A stretch of DNA of 64,000 bases from Burkholderiales bacterium (GTDB taxonomy: Bacteria > Pseudomonadota > Gammaproteobacteria > Burkholderiales > SG8-39), in the NCBI GenBank assembly GCA_026417035.1, contig JAOAEA010000003.1, forward strand, positions 44,980 through 108,979, read 5' to 3'. Made by a program: the position numbers and the translations under genes. Shown here in pieces: positions 1-10,331 of this stretch (position 1 is its first letter; each line of letters begins with the position of its first letter). The notes under the pieces were generated by a model. The model ran no database searches, was not told the origin of the DNA, and was given only the letters and a program-made list of their open reading frames with translations.

Positions 1-418
1 GCGAGATCCGCACGAAGCCCGCCTGGCCGTCGCGGTGCCGGACGCGGATCCAGCCGGGTGCGCCGGGCTCGGCGAACTCCAGGATCACGCCGTTCGCCGC
101 CTGGAACACCGCCGGCGCGTCGTCCTCCGGGCGCTCGCGCACGGTCGCCGCGGGCGCGGTCACGATGACCGTGCGGCGCTCCGCGATCGCCTTCGCGGGG
201 AGCCACGCGAGTTCGCCGGACGGGTCGCGCACCTTCATCCACCCCTCGAGCGTGATCACGACGTCCACCGGGTACCCGCGCGAGACGACGTAGAGCTTCC
301 GGCCGCGCTCCGAGGGCGCGTCGTAGGCGACCGCCGGCTCGGCCACCGAGCGGAATTCCGCAGCCGCGCCGGTGGCGAGCGTGAGGAGCGCGGCGGCGAG
401 AAGGGCGCGGGCAGCCAT
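1..418 (-). CDS. SH3 domain-containing secreted protein (3' end cut by window edge)
   Basis: Minus-strand ATG at 418, 2 nt after the secB stop. My hand translation is MAARALLAAALLTLATGAAAEFRSVAEPAVAYDAPSERGRKLYVVSRGYPVDVVITLEGWMKVRDPSGELAWLP..., a signal peptide followed by bacterial SH3-like repeats. It is absent from the ORF track because it is truncated. Confidence 0.65.
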   Translation of the reverse strand, partial: MAARALLAAALLTLATGAAAEFRSVAEPAVAYDAPSERGRKLYVVSRGYPVDVVITLEGWMKVRDPSGELAWLPAKAIAERRTVIVTAPAATVRERPEDDAPAVFQAANGVILEFAEPGAPGWIRVRHRDGQAGFVRIS

Positions 419-420
419 GG

Positions 421-885
421 TCAGTGCGCGATCTCGATCTTCGGGCCGCCGCCGCGGCTCTCCTGCAGGCGCTGCGCGTAGACCGCCTCGAAGTTGATCG
501 GCGCGAGGTGCACCGGCGGGAACCCGCCGCGGGCGATGAGGTCGGCAACGACCTCGCGCCCGTAGGGGAAGAGGATGTTCGGGCAGGCGATGCCGAGGAT
601 CGGGTCGAGGTCGCCCGGCGGGATGTTGCGGATCTGGAAAATGCCGGCCTGCGCCACCTCGACGAGGAAGTAGGTCTTGTCGCCGGCCTTCGCGGTCACC
701 GTGAGCGTGAGGACGCACTCGTACAGCCCCTCCCGGATGGCGTCCGCGGAGCTCCCGAGCTGGACGTCCACCTGCGGCGCCTGGTTCTCGAGGAACACCT
801 GCGGCGCGTTGGGAAGCTCCAGCGAGAGGTCCTTGACGTAGACCTTCTCGATCGTGAAGACGGGCTGCTCGGCTTGGTCGCTCAT
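421..885 (-). CDS. secB: protein-export chaperone SecB
   Basis: 154-aa ORF. The sequence FTIEKVYVKDLSLELPNAP...NILFPYGREVVADLIARGGFPPVHLAPINFEAVY matches the SecB family along its full length. Confidence 0.93.
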   Translation of the reverse strand: MSDQAEQPVFTIEKVYVKDLSLELPNAPQVFLENQAPQVDVQLGSSADAIREGLYECVLTLTVTAKAGDKTYFLVEVAQAGIFQIRNIPPGDLDPILGIACPNILFPYGREVVADLIARGGFPPVHLAPINFEAVYAQRLQESRGGGPKIEIAH

Positions 886-926
886 GGGCGCTCCGGGTGG
901 GGGAAAGGGGACGGGCCCCGCGGCCC

Positions 927-1184
927 TCAGGCCGCGAGGAGTGGGTCGAGCCGGCCGGCCGCCTCGAGCGCGTGCAGGTCGTCGCAGCCGCCGACGTGGA
1001 CCTCGCCGATCCAGATCTGCGGCACGGTGTGCCGGCCGGACCTCTGCATCATCTCACGGCGCCGCGCCGGCTCGAGGTCCACGCGGATCTTCTCGAGCTC
1101 GGTCACGCCCTTCGCGCGCAGCAGCCGCTCGGCGCGCCGGCAATACGGACAGGTTTCCGTGGCGTACATCAGGACCCTCGCCAC
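927..1184 (-). CDS. grxC: glutaredoxin 3
   Basis: 85 aa with a CPYC active site (YATETCPYCRRAERLL) and the TVPQIWIGEVHVGGCDDL motif. Confidence 0.92.
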   Translation of the reverse strand: MARVLMYATETCPYCRRAERLLRAKGVTELEKIRVDLEPARRREMMQRSGRHTVPQIWIGEVHVGGCDDLHALEAAGRLDPLLAA

Positions 1185-1187
1185 CGG

Positions 1188-1604
1188 CTACTTCTCCACG
1201 GGTAGCCCGGCCTGCTGCCACGCTCCGAATCCGCCGCTCAGGTTGAACACCTTCTCGAAGCCGTTCTTCTTCAGCGTCGCGACGGCGGAGGCCGAGCGGT
1301 TCCCGCTCGCGCAGACGACGATCACCGGCTTCGCCTTCCACCTTTCGAGCTCCTTCAGTCGCGCCTGCAGGTCCGGAAGCGGGATGGTCTTGGAGTTGAC
1401 GATCCTGCCCGCGGCGGTCTCGCCCGGCTGGCGCACGTCGAGCACCAGCGCGTCTTCCTTGTTGATGAGCAGGGTCGCGCCGAGCGTGTCCACCGCGGGG
1501 CCGCCTGCGGAACGGCGCGCAGCGGGCCACAGGAGCATCGCGCCGGAGACGAACGCGACGGCGATGAGAACCACGTTTTCCTGAACGAACTTCCAGAGAT
1601 CCAT
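1188..1604 (-). CDS. rhodanese-like sulfurtransferase domain protein, N-terminal TM anchor
   Basis: 138 aa. An N-terminal hydrophobic helix is followed by a rhodanese active-site loop (VVCASGNRS). It sits immediately upstream of grxC-secB. Confidence 0.85.
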   Translation of the reverse strand: MDLWKFVQENVVLIAVAFVSGAMLLWPAARRSAGGPAVDTLGATLLINKEDALVLDVRQPGETAAGRIVNSKTIPLPDLQARLKELERWKAKPVIVVCASGNRSASAVATLKKNGFEKVFNLSGGFGAWQQAGLPVEK

Positions 1605-1767
1605 CGTGCTTCGGGGAAGAGGTCAGCGGTGGGTTGAGGGGAGGGTGGCGCGGCCGGCCGCGACCCTGCCGCGCGGCAGGCACGCGAGCGCGGCGTCCGC
1701 TCGCGACGGGGCACGGACATCGCGCGCGGCCGGTCGGGTCCGGGGAGGCACTGTCGCGGGCAGCCCG

Positions 1768-2106
1768 TCAGCGGCGGGACGGTTCGCCGCAGAAGACCTC
1801 GCGCATCATCGCGATCAGCTGCAGCGTGCGTTCGTCGCTCACGCGGTAGTAGACGCGGTTGGCGTCCGGGCGCGTGCGCAGCACCCCCTTGTCGCGGAGG
1901 ATCGCGAGGTGCTGGGAGATGTTCGACTGCGAGGTCCCGACCGCGTCCACGATATCCTGCACGCTCTGCTCGCCGTCGCCGAGCACGCAGAGGATCTTCA
2001 GGCGCAGCGGGTGCGAGATCGCCTTCATCGCGCGCGCCGCCTGCTCGATGTGCTCCTGCCGCGCGGCGAGGTCGAAGATGTCGCGTTTGAGGGCTGAAAC
2101 GGCCAT
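1768..2106 (-). CDS. ArsR/SmtB family transcriptional regulator
   Basis: 112 aa with the ArsR-type wHTH signature [11 protein letters not shown]...[17 protein letters not shown]. Confidence 0.88.
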   Translation of the reverse strand: MAVSALKRDIFDLAARQEHIEQAARAMKAISHPLRLKILCVLGDGEQSVQDIVDAVGTSQSNISQHLAILRDKGVLRTRPDANRVYYRVSDERTLQLIAMMREVFCGEPSRR

Positions 2107-2120
2107 TCGGGGATCCGGAG

Positions 2121-2142
2121 AATCGCAATATTATAAAATCGC
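2121..2142. promoter_or_regulatory. divergent promoter/operator region between the arsR-family gene and gpmA
   Basis: This is the only AT-rich patch in the gap (aatcgcaatattataaaatcgc). It holds TATAAT on the minus strand (2130-2135), TATAAA/TAAAAT on the plus strand (2132-2139), and flanking direct AATCGC repeats (2121-2126, 2137-2142). Confidence 0.4.
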
Positions 2143-2165
2143 TTTCGGCCGAGAGGGGGACGAAC

Positions 2166-2915
2166 GTGAAGAAGCTCGTATTGCTCCGCCACGGGGAGAG
2201 CACCTGGAACCGGGAGAACCGCTTCACGGGCTGGACCGACGTCGACCTCTCCGAGCACGGGCGCGAGGAAGCGCGGCGCGCCGGCGAGACGCTGCGCGCG
2301 GAGGGCTACGAGTTCGACGTCGCCTACACCTCGGTGCTCAAGCGCGCGATCAAGACCCTGTGGCTCGCGCTCGAGGAGATGGACCGGATGTGGATCCCGA
2401 TCCACAACTCGTGGCGGCTCAACGAGCGTCACTACGGCGCCCTGCAGGGCCTCGACAAGGCCGAGACCGCGGCGAAGTTCGGCGAGGACCAGGTGAAGAT
2501 CTGGCGCCGGAGCTACGACACCCCGCCCCCGGCGCTCGACCCCTCCGATCCCCGCAGCCCGCGCAACGACCCGCGCTACGCCGGGCTCTCGCCCGCGGAG
2601 CTGCCGCTCACCGAATGCCTGAAGGACACGGTCGTCCGGTTCCTCCCTTACTGGAACGGGACGATCGCGCCCGCGGTCCGCGCAGGCAGGCGCGTGCTTG
2701 TCGTCGCGCACGGCAACTCGCTCCGCGCGCTGGTCAAGCACCTCGACGGCGTGTCGGACGCGGACATCGTCGGGCTGAACATCCCCACGGGGATCCCGCT
2801 CGTCTACGAACTCGACGCGGACCTCCGGCCGATCCGCCACTACTACCTCGGCGATCCGGAGCTCGTCGCCGCCGCGATCGACGCGGTCGCGAGCCAGGGC
2901 AAGGCGAAGGCTTGA
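2166..2915 (+). CDS. gpmA: 2,3-bisphosphoglycerate-dependent phosphoglycerate mutase
   Basis: 249 aa with a GTG start. It carries [20 protein letters not shown] (RHGE catalytic motif) and [15 protein letters not shown]. Confidence 0.95.
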   Translation: MKKLVLLRHGESTWNRENRFTGWTDVDLSEHGREEARRAGETLRAEGYEFDVAYTSVLKRAIKTLWLALEEMDRMWIPIHNSWRLNERHYGALQGLDKAETAAKFGEDQVKIWRRSYDTPPPALDPSDPRSPRNDPRYAGLSPAELPLTECLKDTVVRFLPYWNGTIAPAVRAGRRVLVVAHGNSLRALVKHLDGVSDADIVGLNIPTGIPLVYELDADLRPIRHYYLGDPELVAAAIDAVASQGKAKA

Positions 2916-4117
2916 CCGCGGGAGGGAGCGTCCGCGGGCGGCTCGCCGCAGCGCTCCTCGCCGCCGCCGCGGCGCTCGCCGCCGCCCCGGCGGCGCCGGG
3001 GGAAAAGGAAGCGCTCGACGCGCTGCGCAAGCGGCTCGAACACCTGCGCAGCGAGATCGCGAGCGCCGAAGGCAGCCGCACCGAGGCCGCGGACCAGCTG
3101 CGCGAGTCCGAGTCGGCGATCTCCGAAGCGAACCGGGCCCTCGCGGAGATCGGCAACGCCCTCGCGGCCGCCCGGGCGGAGCTGCGGGCAGTCGAAGCCG
3201 AGGCCGCGCGGGTCGGCGGCGAAAAGGCGGTGCGCGAAGCCGAGCTCGCACGCATGCTGCACGCCCGCTACGTCGCGCACCGGCCGGGCCCCCTCGCGCT
3301 CCTACTCTCCGGCGAGGATCCCAACCGGATCGCCCGGGAGCTCGTCTACGCCGGCTATCTCTCGCGCGCCCATGCGGAGCTCGTGCGGGCCCTCGAGACC
3401 GACCGGCAGCGGCTCACGGAGCTCGCGGAGCGGGCGCGGGAGAAGGACACGGAGCTCGCCAGCCTCGAGCGGGCGCAGCGGGCGGAGCGCGAGCGCCTCG
3501 TCCGCGAGCAGGCCGCCCGCCGCGCCGTGCTCGCCCGGGTGTCCGACCAGCTTCGCAAACAGCGGCGCGAGCTCGCGACCCTCGAGCGGGACGAGAAGCG
3601 GCTGGAGCGGCTCGTCGCGAACCTCGCCCGGGCGGCGCGGCCGCCGGTGCCCGCGCCGCCCCGCGGGGAAAAGCCCTTGGCGCGGAATGACAAAGTTCCT
3701 GAGCCCGGGGCCGAGGCGGGCGTATTCTCGGCGCTCAAGGGGCGGTTGCGGCTGCCGGTCCGCGGGGAACTCTCGGGCCGTTACGGCGCTCCACGGGAGG
3801 GCGGCCTCGCGTGGAAAGGCCTTTTCCTGCGGGCGCCCGAAGGCGAAGAGGTGCGCGCGGTCGCCGCGGGACGGGTGGTGTTCGCGGACTGGCTGCGCGG
3901 CTTCGGCAACCTCCTCGTGCTCGACCACGGGCAGGGCTACCTCACGATCTACGGGCACAACCAGGCCGTGCTGAAGCGGCCGGGCGATGCGGTGCACGGC
4001 GGCGAGGTCGTGGCGACGGTCGGCGCGACCGGGGGCGCCGAGGAATCGGGCTTATACTTCGAGATTCGCGATCAGGGGCGGCCGGTCGACCCGATGGCGT
4101 GGGTGAACACAAGGTAG
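2912..4117 (+). CDS. envC: murein hydrolase activator EnvC-like (coiled coil + M23/LytM peptidase domain)
   Basis: This is the C-terminal part of the 1859..4117 ORF. It has a signal-like N-terminus ([18 protein letters not shown]), a long coiled coil and a LytM domain ([19 protein letters not shown]...GLYFEIR). I chose the TTG start at 2912, which overlaps the gpmA stop (cTTGA). The start is uncertain. Confidence 0.8.
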   Translation: MTAGGSVRGRLAAALLAAAAALAAAPAAPGEKEALDALRKRLEHLRSEIASAEGSRTEAADQLRESESAISEANRALAEIGNALAAARAELRAVEAEAARVGGEKAVREAELARMLHARYVAHRPGPLALLLSGEDPNRIARELVYAGYLSRAHAELVRALETDRQRLTELAERAREKDTELASLERAQRAERERLVREQAARRAVLARVSDQLRKQRRELATLERDEKRLERLVANLARAARPPVPAPPRGEKPLARNDKVPEPGAEAGVFSALKGRLRLPVRGELSGRYGAPREGGLAWKGLFLRAPEGEEVRAVAAGRVVFADWLRGFGNLLVLDHGQGYLTIYGHNQAVLKRPGDAVHGGEVVATVGATGGAEESGLYFEIRDQGRPVDPMAWVNTR

Positions 4118-4127
4118 CGGAGCGGTC

Positions 4128-5534
4128 ATGAGCGGAAAGCTGAAGAGCGTCGGTCTGGTGTTGGCGGGGGTCGTCGCGGGCGTGCTGCTGAGCCTGCATC
4201 TCTCCGCCGTCGCGCAGCGCGAGATCGTCCGCTCGCCGCTGCCCTACGAGGACCTGCGCACGCTCACCGAGGTCTTCGGCCGCATCAAGAGCGACTACGT
4301 CGAGCCGGTCGAGGACAAGAAGCTCATCGGCGAGGCGATCAACGGGATGCTGACGGGCCTCGACCCGCACTCGGCCTACCTCGACCAGGACGCGTTCAAG
4401 GAGCTGCAGGTCGGCACGCAGGGCGAGTTCGGCGGGCTCGGCATCGAGGTGGGCATGGAGGACGGCTTCGTGAAGGTGGTCTCGCCCATCGAGGACACGC
4501 CCGCGTTCCGCGCCGGCCTGAAGCCGGGCGACCTCATCATCAAGATCGACGACACGCCGACCAAGGGCATGACGCTGAACGACGCCGTGAAGCGCATGCG
4601 CGGCGCGCCGAAGACGTCGATCAAGCTCACGATCCTGCGCAAGGACGAGCAGAAGACCTTCGACGTGACGCTCGTGCGCGACAAGATCCGCGTGCAGAGC
4701 GTGAAGTCGAAGATGATCGAGCCCGGTTACGGGTACGTGCGGCTCTCGCAGTTCCAGGAGCTCACCGTCGAGAACCTGGTGAAGCACCTGAACACGCTCT
4801 ACAAGGACGGCCAGCTGAAGGGCCTGGTGCTCGACCTGCGCAACGATCCGGGCGGGTTGCTCAACGGCGCGGTGGGCGTCTCCGCCGCGTTCCTGCCCGC
4901 CAACGCCCTGGTGGTCTCGACCGACGGCCGCACGCCCGACGCGCGGCGCAAGTACGTCGCCGCGCCCGAGGACTACCTGCGCGGCCGGCAGGAGGACGTG
5001 CTCCGGGCGCTGCCGGCGGGCGTGAAGACGGTGCCGATGGTGGTGCTGGTGAACGGCGGCTCGGCCTCCGCCTCGGAGATCGTCGCCGGCGCGCTGCAGG
5101 ACCACAAGCGCGCCACCGTCATGGGGACGCAGACCTTCGGCAAGGGCTCGGTGCAGACGATCCTGCCGCTCTCGAACAACACCGCGATCAAGCTCACGAC
5201 GGCGCGCTACTACACGCCGAGCGGCCGCTCGATCCAGGCGAAGGGCGTGACGCCCGACATCATCGTCGACGAGCCCGGCGCGCCGCGCGACCGCATCCGC
5301 GAGGCCGACCTGCAGCGCCATCTCGCGGGCGCGGACGAGAAGCCGGTCGAGAAGCCGGCCGCGAAGCCCGCGCCTGCCGAGGAGCAGAAGGAGCAGAAGC
5401 CGATCGAGCTCGGCGGGCCCGACGACTTCCAGCTCAAGCAGGCGATCAACCACCTGAAGGGGCTGCCGGTCGTGACGAAGCTCGAGCAGGCGAAGGCCGA
5501 CGAGAAATCGGCCCCGGCGGCGAAGAAGAACTGA
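4128..5534 (+). CDS. ctpA: carboxy-terminal processing protease (S41 family, PDZ domain)
   Basis: 468 aa. It has a PDZ region (GLGIEVGMEDGFVKVVSPIEDTPAFRAGLKPGDLIIKID) and an S41 core (LDLRNDPGGLL, SASASEIVAGALQD, TFGKGSVQT). Confidence 0.93.
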   Translation: MSGKLKSVGLVLAGVVAGVLLSLHLSAVAQREIVRSPLPYEDLRTLTEVFGRIKSDYVEPVEDKKLIGEAINGMLTGLDPHSAYLDQDAFKELQVGTQGEFGGLGIEVGMEDGFVKVVSPIEDTPAFRAGLKPGDLIIKIDDTPTKGMTLNDAVKRMRGAPKTSIKLTILRKDEQKTFDVTLVRDKIRVQSVKSKMIEPGYGYVRLSQFQELTVENLVKHLNTLYKDGQLKGLVLDLRNDPGGLLNGAVGVSAAFLPANALVVSTDGRTPDARRKYVAAPEDYLRGRQEDVLRALPAGVKTVPMVVLVNGGSASASEIVAGALQDHKRATVMGTQTFGKGSVQTILPLSNNTAIKLTTARYYTPSGRSIQAKGVTPDIIVDEPGAPRDRIREADLQRHLAGADEKPVEKPAAKPAPAEEQKEQKPIELGGPDDFQLKQAINHLKGLPVVTKLEQAKADEKSAPAAKKN

Positions 5535-5550
5535 CCGGCCCCGTCCGCGA

Positions 5551-5588
5551 GGGCCGACCCGCGCGAGCCGGTCGGCCCTTTTCGTTTC
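5551..5588 (+). terminator. Rho-independent terminator after ctpA
   Basis: Stem gggccgacc (5551-5559) pairs with ggtcggccc (5570-5578) and is followed by ttttcgtttc. Confidence 0.75.
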
Positions 5589-5602
5589 CGGGCGCCGCGC
5601 CG

Positions 5603-6388
5603 ATGACCGACGACCAGCTGCTCCGCTACTCGCGACACATCCTGCTGCCCGAGGTCGGCGTGGAGGGCCAGGAGCGCATCGTGCGCTCGCGGGCGCTCGT
5701 GATCGGCGCCGGCGGGCTCGGATCGCCGGCAGCGCTCTACCTCGCCACCGCGGGGGTGGGGACGCTCGCGCTCGCCGACGGCGACACGGTCGACCTCACG
5801 AACCTGCAGCGCCAGATCCTGCACACCACGCCCGCGATCGGCCGGCCCAAAGTGGAGTCCGGACGCGACACCCTCGCGCTCGTCAACCCGGAAGTGAAGG
5901 TCGTCGCGATCGCCGAGCGCCTTTCGGGTGAGCGCCTCGACGCGGAAGTCGGTGCGGCGGACGTGGTGCTCGACTGCTCGGACAACTTCGCGACGCGGCA
6001 CGCGGTCAACCGCGCTTGCGTCGCCCATCGCAAGCCCCTCGTTTCCGGCGCCGGTGTGCGCTTCGACGGGCAGGTGAGCGTGTTCGACCTGCGCCGCGAC
6101 GACGCGCCCTGCTACAACTGCCTCTTCCCGGAGGACGCGGAAACCGAAGAGCTGCGCTGCGCGGTGATGGGCGTGTTCGCGCCGCTCGTGGGCATCATCG
6201 GGGCGACGCAGGCGGCCGAGGCGCTCAAAGTGCTGGCCGGCGTCGGCGAGCCGCTCGTCGGGAGGCTCCTGCTCCTCGATGCGCTCGCGATGCAGTGGCG
6301 CGCGATCCGCATCCGCAAGGATCCGGGCTGCGCGGTCTGCGGGGTCAGAGGGCAGAGGACAGAGGACAGAGGACAGACGAAAGCCTGA
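5603..6388 (+). CDS. moeB: molybdopterin-synthase adenylyltransferase MoeB (ThiF/MoeB family)
   Basis: 261 aa with LLRYSRHILLPEVGVEGQERI, the GAGGLGSP nucleotide loop and two CxxC pairs (CYNC, CAVC). The last ~13 codons (RGQRTEDRGQTKA) are encoded by the heptamer repeat element. Confidence 0.85.
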   Translation: MTDDQLLRYSRHILLPEVGVEGQERIVRSRALVIGAGGLGSPAALYLATAGVGTLALADGDTVDLTNLQRQILHTTPAIGRPKVESGRDTLALVNPEVKVVAIAERLSGERLDAEVGAADVVLDCSDNFATRHAVNRACVAHRKPLVSGAGVRFDGQVSVFDLRRDDAPCYNCLFPEDAETEELRCAVMGVFAPLVGIIGATQAAEALKVLAGVGEPLVGRLLLLDALAMQWRAIRIRKDPGCAVCGVRGQRTEDRGQTKA

Positions 6389-6441
6389 GGACGGTGACCG
6401 CCCCCCTCCGCTCGCGCAAGCCTTCAGTCCTCTGTCCTCAG
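6345..6441. repeat. heptamer-array inverted-repeat element, copy 1
   Basis: Left arm is five tandem 7-mers: CAGAGGG, CAGAGGA x3, CAGACGA (6346-6380), then AAGCC. After a ~35-nt spacer comes AAGCC plus TTCAGTC CTCTGTC CTCAG, the complementary units. It lies between convergent moeB and slmA and contains both stop codons. Confidence 0.8.
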
Positions 6442-7028
6442 GCGAGCAGCGGCCACTGCTTGTCCCAGAGCTCCATCGGCTTCTTCTTGAAGCCGCTCTT
6501 CGCGAACTGCGACCAGCGGCCGATGACGTAGCAGAGCATGAGGTTCGCCTGCGCCGCCGGGTCGGGGGCCGCGGCGGGGGTACCCTCGGCGGGCGCGGGC
6601 GTCTGGGTCGCCGCGACGCGCAGCGACTGCTTGAGCGTCGCCTCGAGGCGGTCCTGCAGCGCGTTCACCCGCGCCTGCAGCCGCTCGTCCTCGTTCATGA
6701 GCGCATCCCCGATGAGCACGCGCGTCATACCCGGGTTCTTCTCGGCGAAGCCGAGCAGCATGGCGACGATTGCATGCGCCTGTTTGGCGCCGTTCTCCTC
6801 CTCCGCGACGATCTTGTTCGCGAGCCCGAAGACGGCGCCCTCGATGAACTCGATCAGGCCCTCGAACATCTGCGCCTTGCTCGCGAAGTGGCGGTAGAGG
6901 GCCGCCTCGGAAACGTCGAGCCGCTTGGCGAGCGCCGCGGTGGTGATCTTCTCGCCCTTGGGATCCTCGAGCATCTGCGCGAGGACCTGGAGGATCTGGA
7001 GCTTGCGCTCGCCGGTGCGGGTCGCCAT
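6438..7028 (-). CDS. slmA: nucleoid occlusion factor SlmA (TetR family)
   Basis: 196 aa. ITTAALAKRLDVSEAALYRHFASKAQMFEGLIEFIE is close to the E. coli SlmA HTH region, and similarity continues through GFAEKNPGMTRVL. Confidence 0.82.
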   Translation of the reverse strand: MATRTGERKLQILQVLAQMLEDPKGEKITTAALAKRLDVSEAALYRHFASKAQMFEGLIEFIEGAVFGLANKIVAEEENGAKQAHAIVAMLLGFAEKNPGMTRVLIGDALMNEDERLQARVNALQDRLEATLKQSLRVAATQTPAPAEGTPAAAPDPAAQANLMLCYVIGRWSQFAKSGFKKKPMELWDKQWPLLA

Positions 7029-7132
7029 GGAGCCTCCTTGCCGCCGGGGTCGGCGTTCGCGGGGGACGGGCCGATTCTAGCCGATGCCGCGCTCCGGGGT
7101 GAGCGCTTGCCCACCGGCGAGGCCCCGTCGCC

Positions 7133-7780
7133 TCAACGCCGGGCGAGATCGTCGGCGAGGCGCCGCAGCGCGCCGACCGACGCCACACGGACATCGACGT
7201 AAGCCGGCGAGCGCGGCTCGCGCGTCACCCACACGGTTTTCATGCCGAGACGCTTGGCGGTACGCAGGTTCGCGAGGGAGTCCTCGACCATCACCGCGCG
7301 CTCGGGCGGCAGGCGCTCGGCCCGCAGCAGCCGCCGGAACGCCGCCGGGGAAGGCTTCGGCTCGAACCGCACGTGCTCGATCGCGTAGAGGGCGTCGAAC
7401 CACGACTCGAGCCCCAGCACGCGGACGACGGCTTCGGCGTAATGGACCGGCGAGTTGGAGAAAAGAATCTTCCGGCCCGGCAGGCGGCGGATCGCGGCGA
7501 GCGCGGCGGTGTCGGCCACCACCATCCGCTCGAGCTCCGGGAACTGGTGCGTGTGCCAAAGGAAATGGTGCGGGTCGGTCCCGTGGTGGCGCATCAGCCC
7601 GAGCAGCGTCGCGCCGTAGCGGCGCCAGTAGCGCAGGCGCAGCTCGTTGGCGGCCGCGTCGTCGAGCGCGAGGTGCTCGCGCAGGTAAGCCGTCATGCTG
7701 CGGTTGATGTGGGGAAAGACGTGCGGCGACGCGTCGTGCAGCGTGTTGTCGAGGTCGAAGATCCAGGCGGGCTTGCGCAT
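7133..7780 (-). CDS. HAD-superfamily pyrimidine 5'-nucleotidase-like hydrolase
   Basis: The real start is the ATG at 7780 (MRKPAWIFDLDNTLH, DxDxT motif I). It also has motif II (LFSNS) and motif IV (VEDSLANL). The upstream part of the 339-aa track ORF is Arg-rich shadow sequence. Confidence 0.85.
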   Translation of the reverse strand: MRKPAWIFDLDNTLHDASPHVFPHINRSMTAYLREHLALDDAAANELRLRYWRRYGATLLGLMRHHGTDPHHFLWHTHQFPELERMVVADTAALAAIRRLPGRKILFSNSPVHYAEAVVRVLGLESWFDALYAIEHVRFEPKPSPAAFRRLLRAERLPPERAVMVEDSLANLRTAKRLGMKTVWVTREPRSPAYVDVRVASVGALRRLADDLARR

Positions 7781-7860
7781 CGACGCGGTTCCGGCGGCGG
7801 CGGGCGCCGCGATTATCGCGGATCCCGGCCCGGTCCCCGGCTCCGCTAAACTCGCGCGCG

Positions 7861-8337
7861 ATGACAGCCCGGCGCTCGCCGAAGCTCTCGCGCTGGTACA
7901 GCCTCGCGCGCCTCGTCGCGTCGGAAACGGCCGCCGCGCGCGGCATCGACAACACGCCGCCCCCCGAGGTGGTCGCGAACCTGCGCCGCCTCGCGCGCGG
8001 CCTCGACCGCGTGCGCCGCCTCCTCGGCCATCCGCTGGAGATCTCGAGCGGCTACCGCTCCCCCGCCCTGAACGCCGCCGTCGGCGGCGCGTCCGGCTCC
8101 CAGCACACGCAGGGGCTGGCCGTGGACTTCTGTTGCCCCGGGTTCGGCGCACCCCTCGCGGTGGCGGACGCGGTCGCGCGCTCGGACATCGACTACGACA
8201 CGGTGCTCCTCGAATACGGGCGCTGGGTGCACCTCTCGTTCGCGCCTGCGCCCCGCCGGCGCCTGCTCACGATCTACGACGACGGCGCAGGCTATCGGGA
8301 GGGGATCGTGGACGCCTCGGGGCGGCGCCTGGCCTAA
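7861..8337 (+). CDS. peptidase M15A family zinc D-Ala-D-Ala carboxypeptidase/endolysin-like protein
   Basis: 158 aa with ISSGYRSPALNAAVGGASGSQHTQGLAVDF, the typical M15 metal and catalytic motif. Confidence 0.8.
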   Translation: MTARRSPKLSRWYSLARLVASETAAARGIDNTPPPEVVANLRRLARGLDRVRRLLGHPLEISSGYRSPALNAAVGGASGSQHTQGLAVDFCCPGFGAPLAVADAVARSDIDYDTVLLEYGRWVHLSFAPAPRRRLLTIYDDGAGYREGIVDASGRRLA

Positions 8338-8338
8338 G

Positions 8339-8410
8339 TTCAGACGACCGAAGACAGAAGACAGAAAAACCGTTGCGCCCGCAGGGCGCACAAGCCTTCT
8401 GTCCTCTGAA

Positions 8411-8411
<1 letters not shown>
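8339..8411. repeat. heptamer-array inverted-repeat element, copy 2
   Basis: Layout: TTCAGACGA CCGAAGA CAGAAGA CAGAAAA, then a central hairpin tgcgccc-gca-gggcgca, then AAGCC TTCTGTC CTCTGAA. It lies between the convergent M15 peptidase gene and argB. Confidence 0.8.
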
Positions 8412-9980
<1,569 letters not shown>

Positions 9981-10032
9981 GACTCTCGTCTCCTTTCGCG
10001 GAACCTGGGAGCCGTGGCTCCCTTTGCCCGGA

Positions 10033-10060
10033 AGCTAGGGGCCGGACGGCGGTTTTCAAG
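10033..10060 (-). promoter_or_regulatory. sigma-32 (RpoH)-type heat-shock promoter for hsp20
   Basis: The minus strand reads CTTGAAA-accgccgtccgg-CCCCTAGCT, against the consensus CTTGAA-N13-17-CCCCATNT. It lies ~55-80 nt upstream of the hsp20 ATG. Confidence 0.55.
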
Positions 10061-10097
10061 CCCCGGCGCCGCGGCCTAGACTCGGGCCTCGGTCAAG

Positions 10098-10325
10098 GTG
10101 CCGGAGGGCAAAGTGGACGAGAAGGCGAGCCGCGACGAAGCAGGGCGCGCTCCCGCGCGCAAGGATGCCGGACGGACGATCTGCCCGGTGTGCGGCGCGG
10201 CGTTCGAGTGCGGGATGGCGGCCGGCGCCCCGGCGTGCTGGTGCGCCGGCCTCCCCCCGGTTCCGCCGGTGCCCGGCGAGGGGTGTCTGTGCCCGCGCTG
10301 CCTTGCGGCGCGGGCCGCCTCCTGA
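10098..10325 (+). CDS. cysteine-rich CWC family small protein
   Basis: 75 aa with CPVCGAAFECG...CWCAGLP...CLCPRCL, the pattern of the cysteine-rich CWC family. GTG start, uncertain. Confidence 0.6.
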   Translation: MPEGKVDEKASRDEAGRAPARKDAGRTICPVCGAAFECGMAAGAPACWCAGLPPVPPVPGEGCLCPRCLAARAAS

Positions 10326-10331
10326 CGCTTC

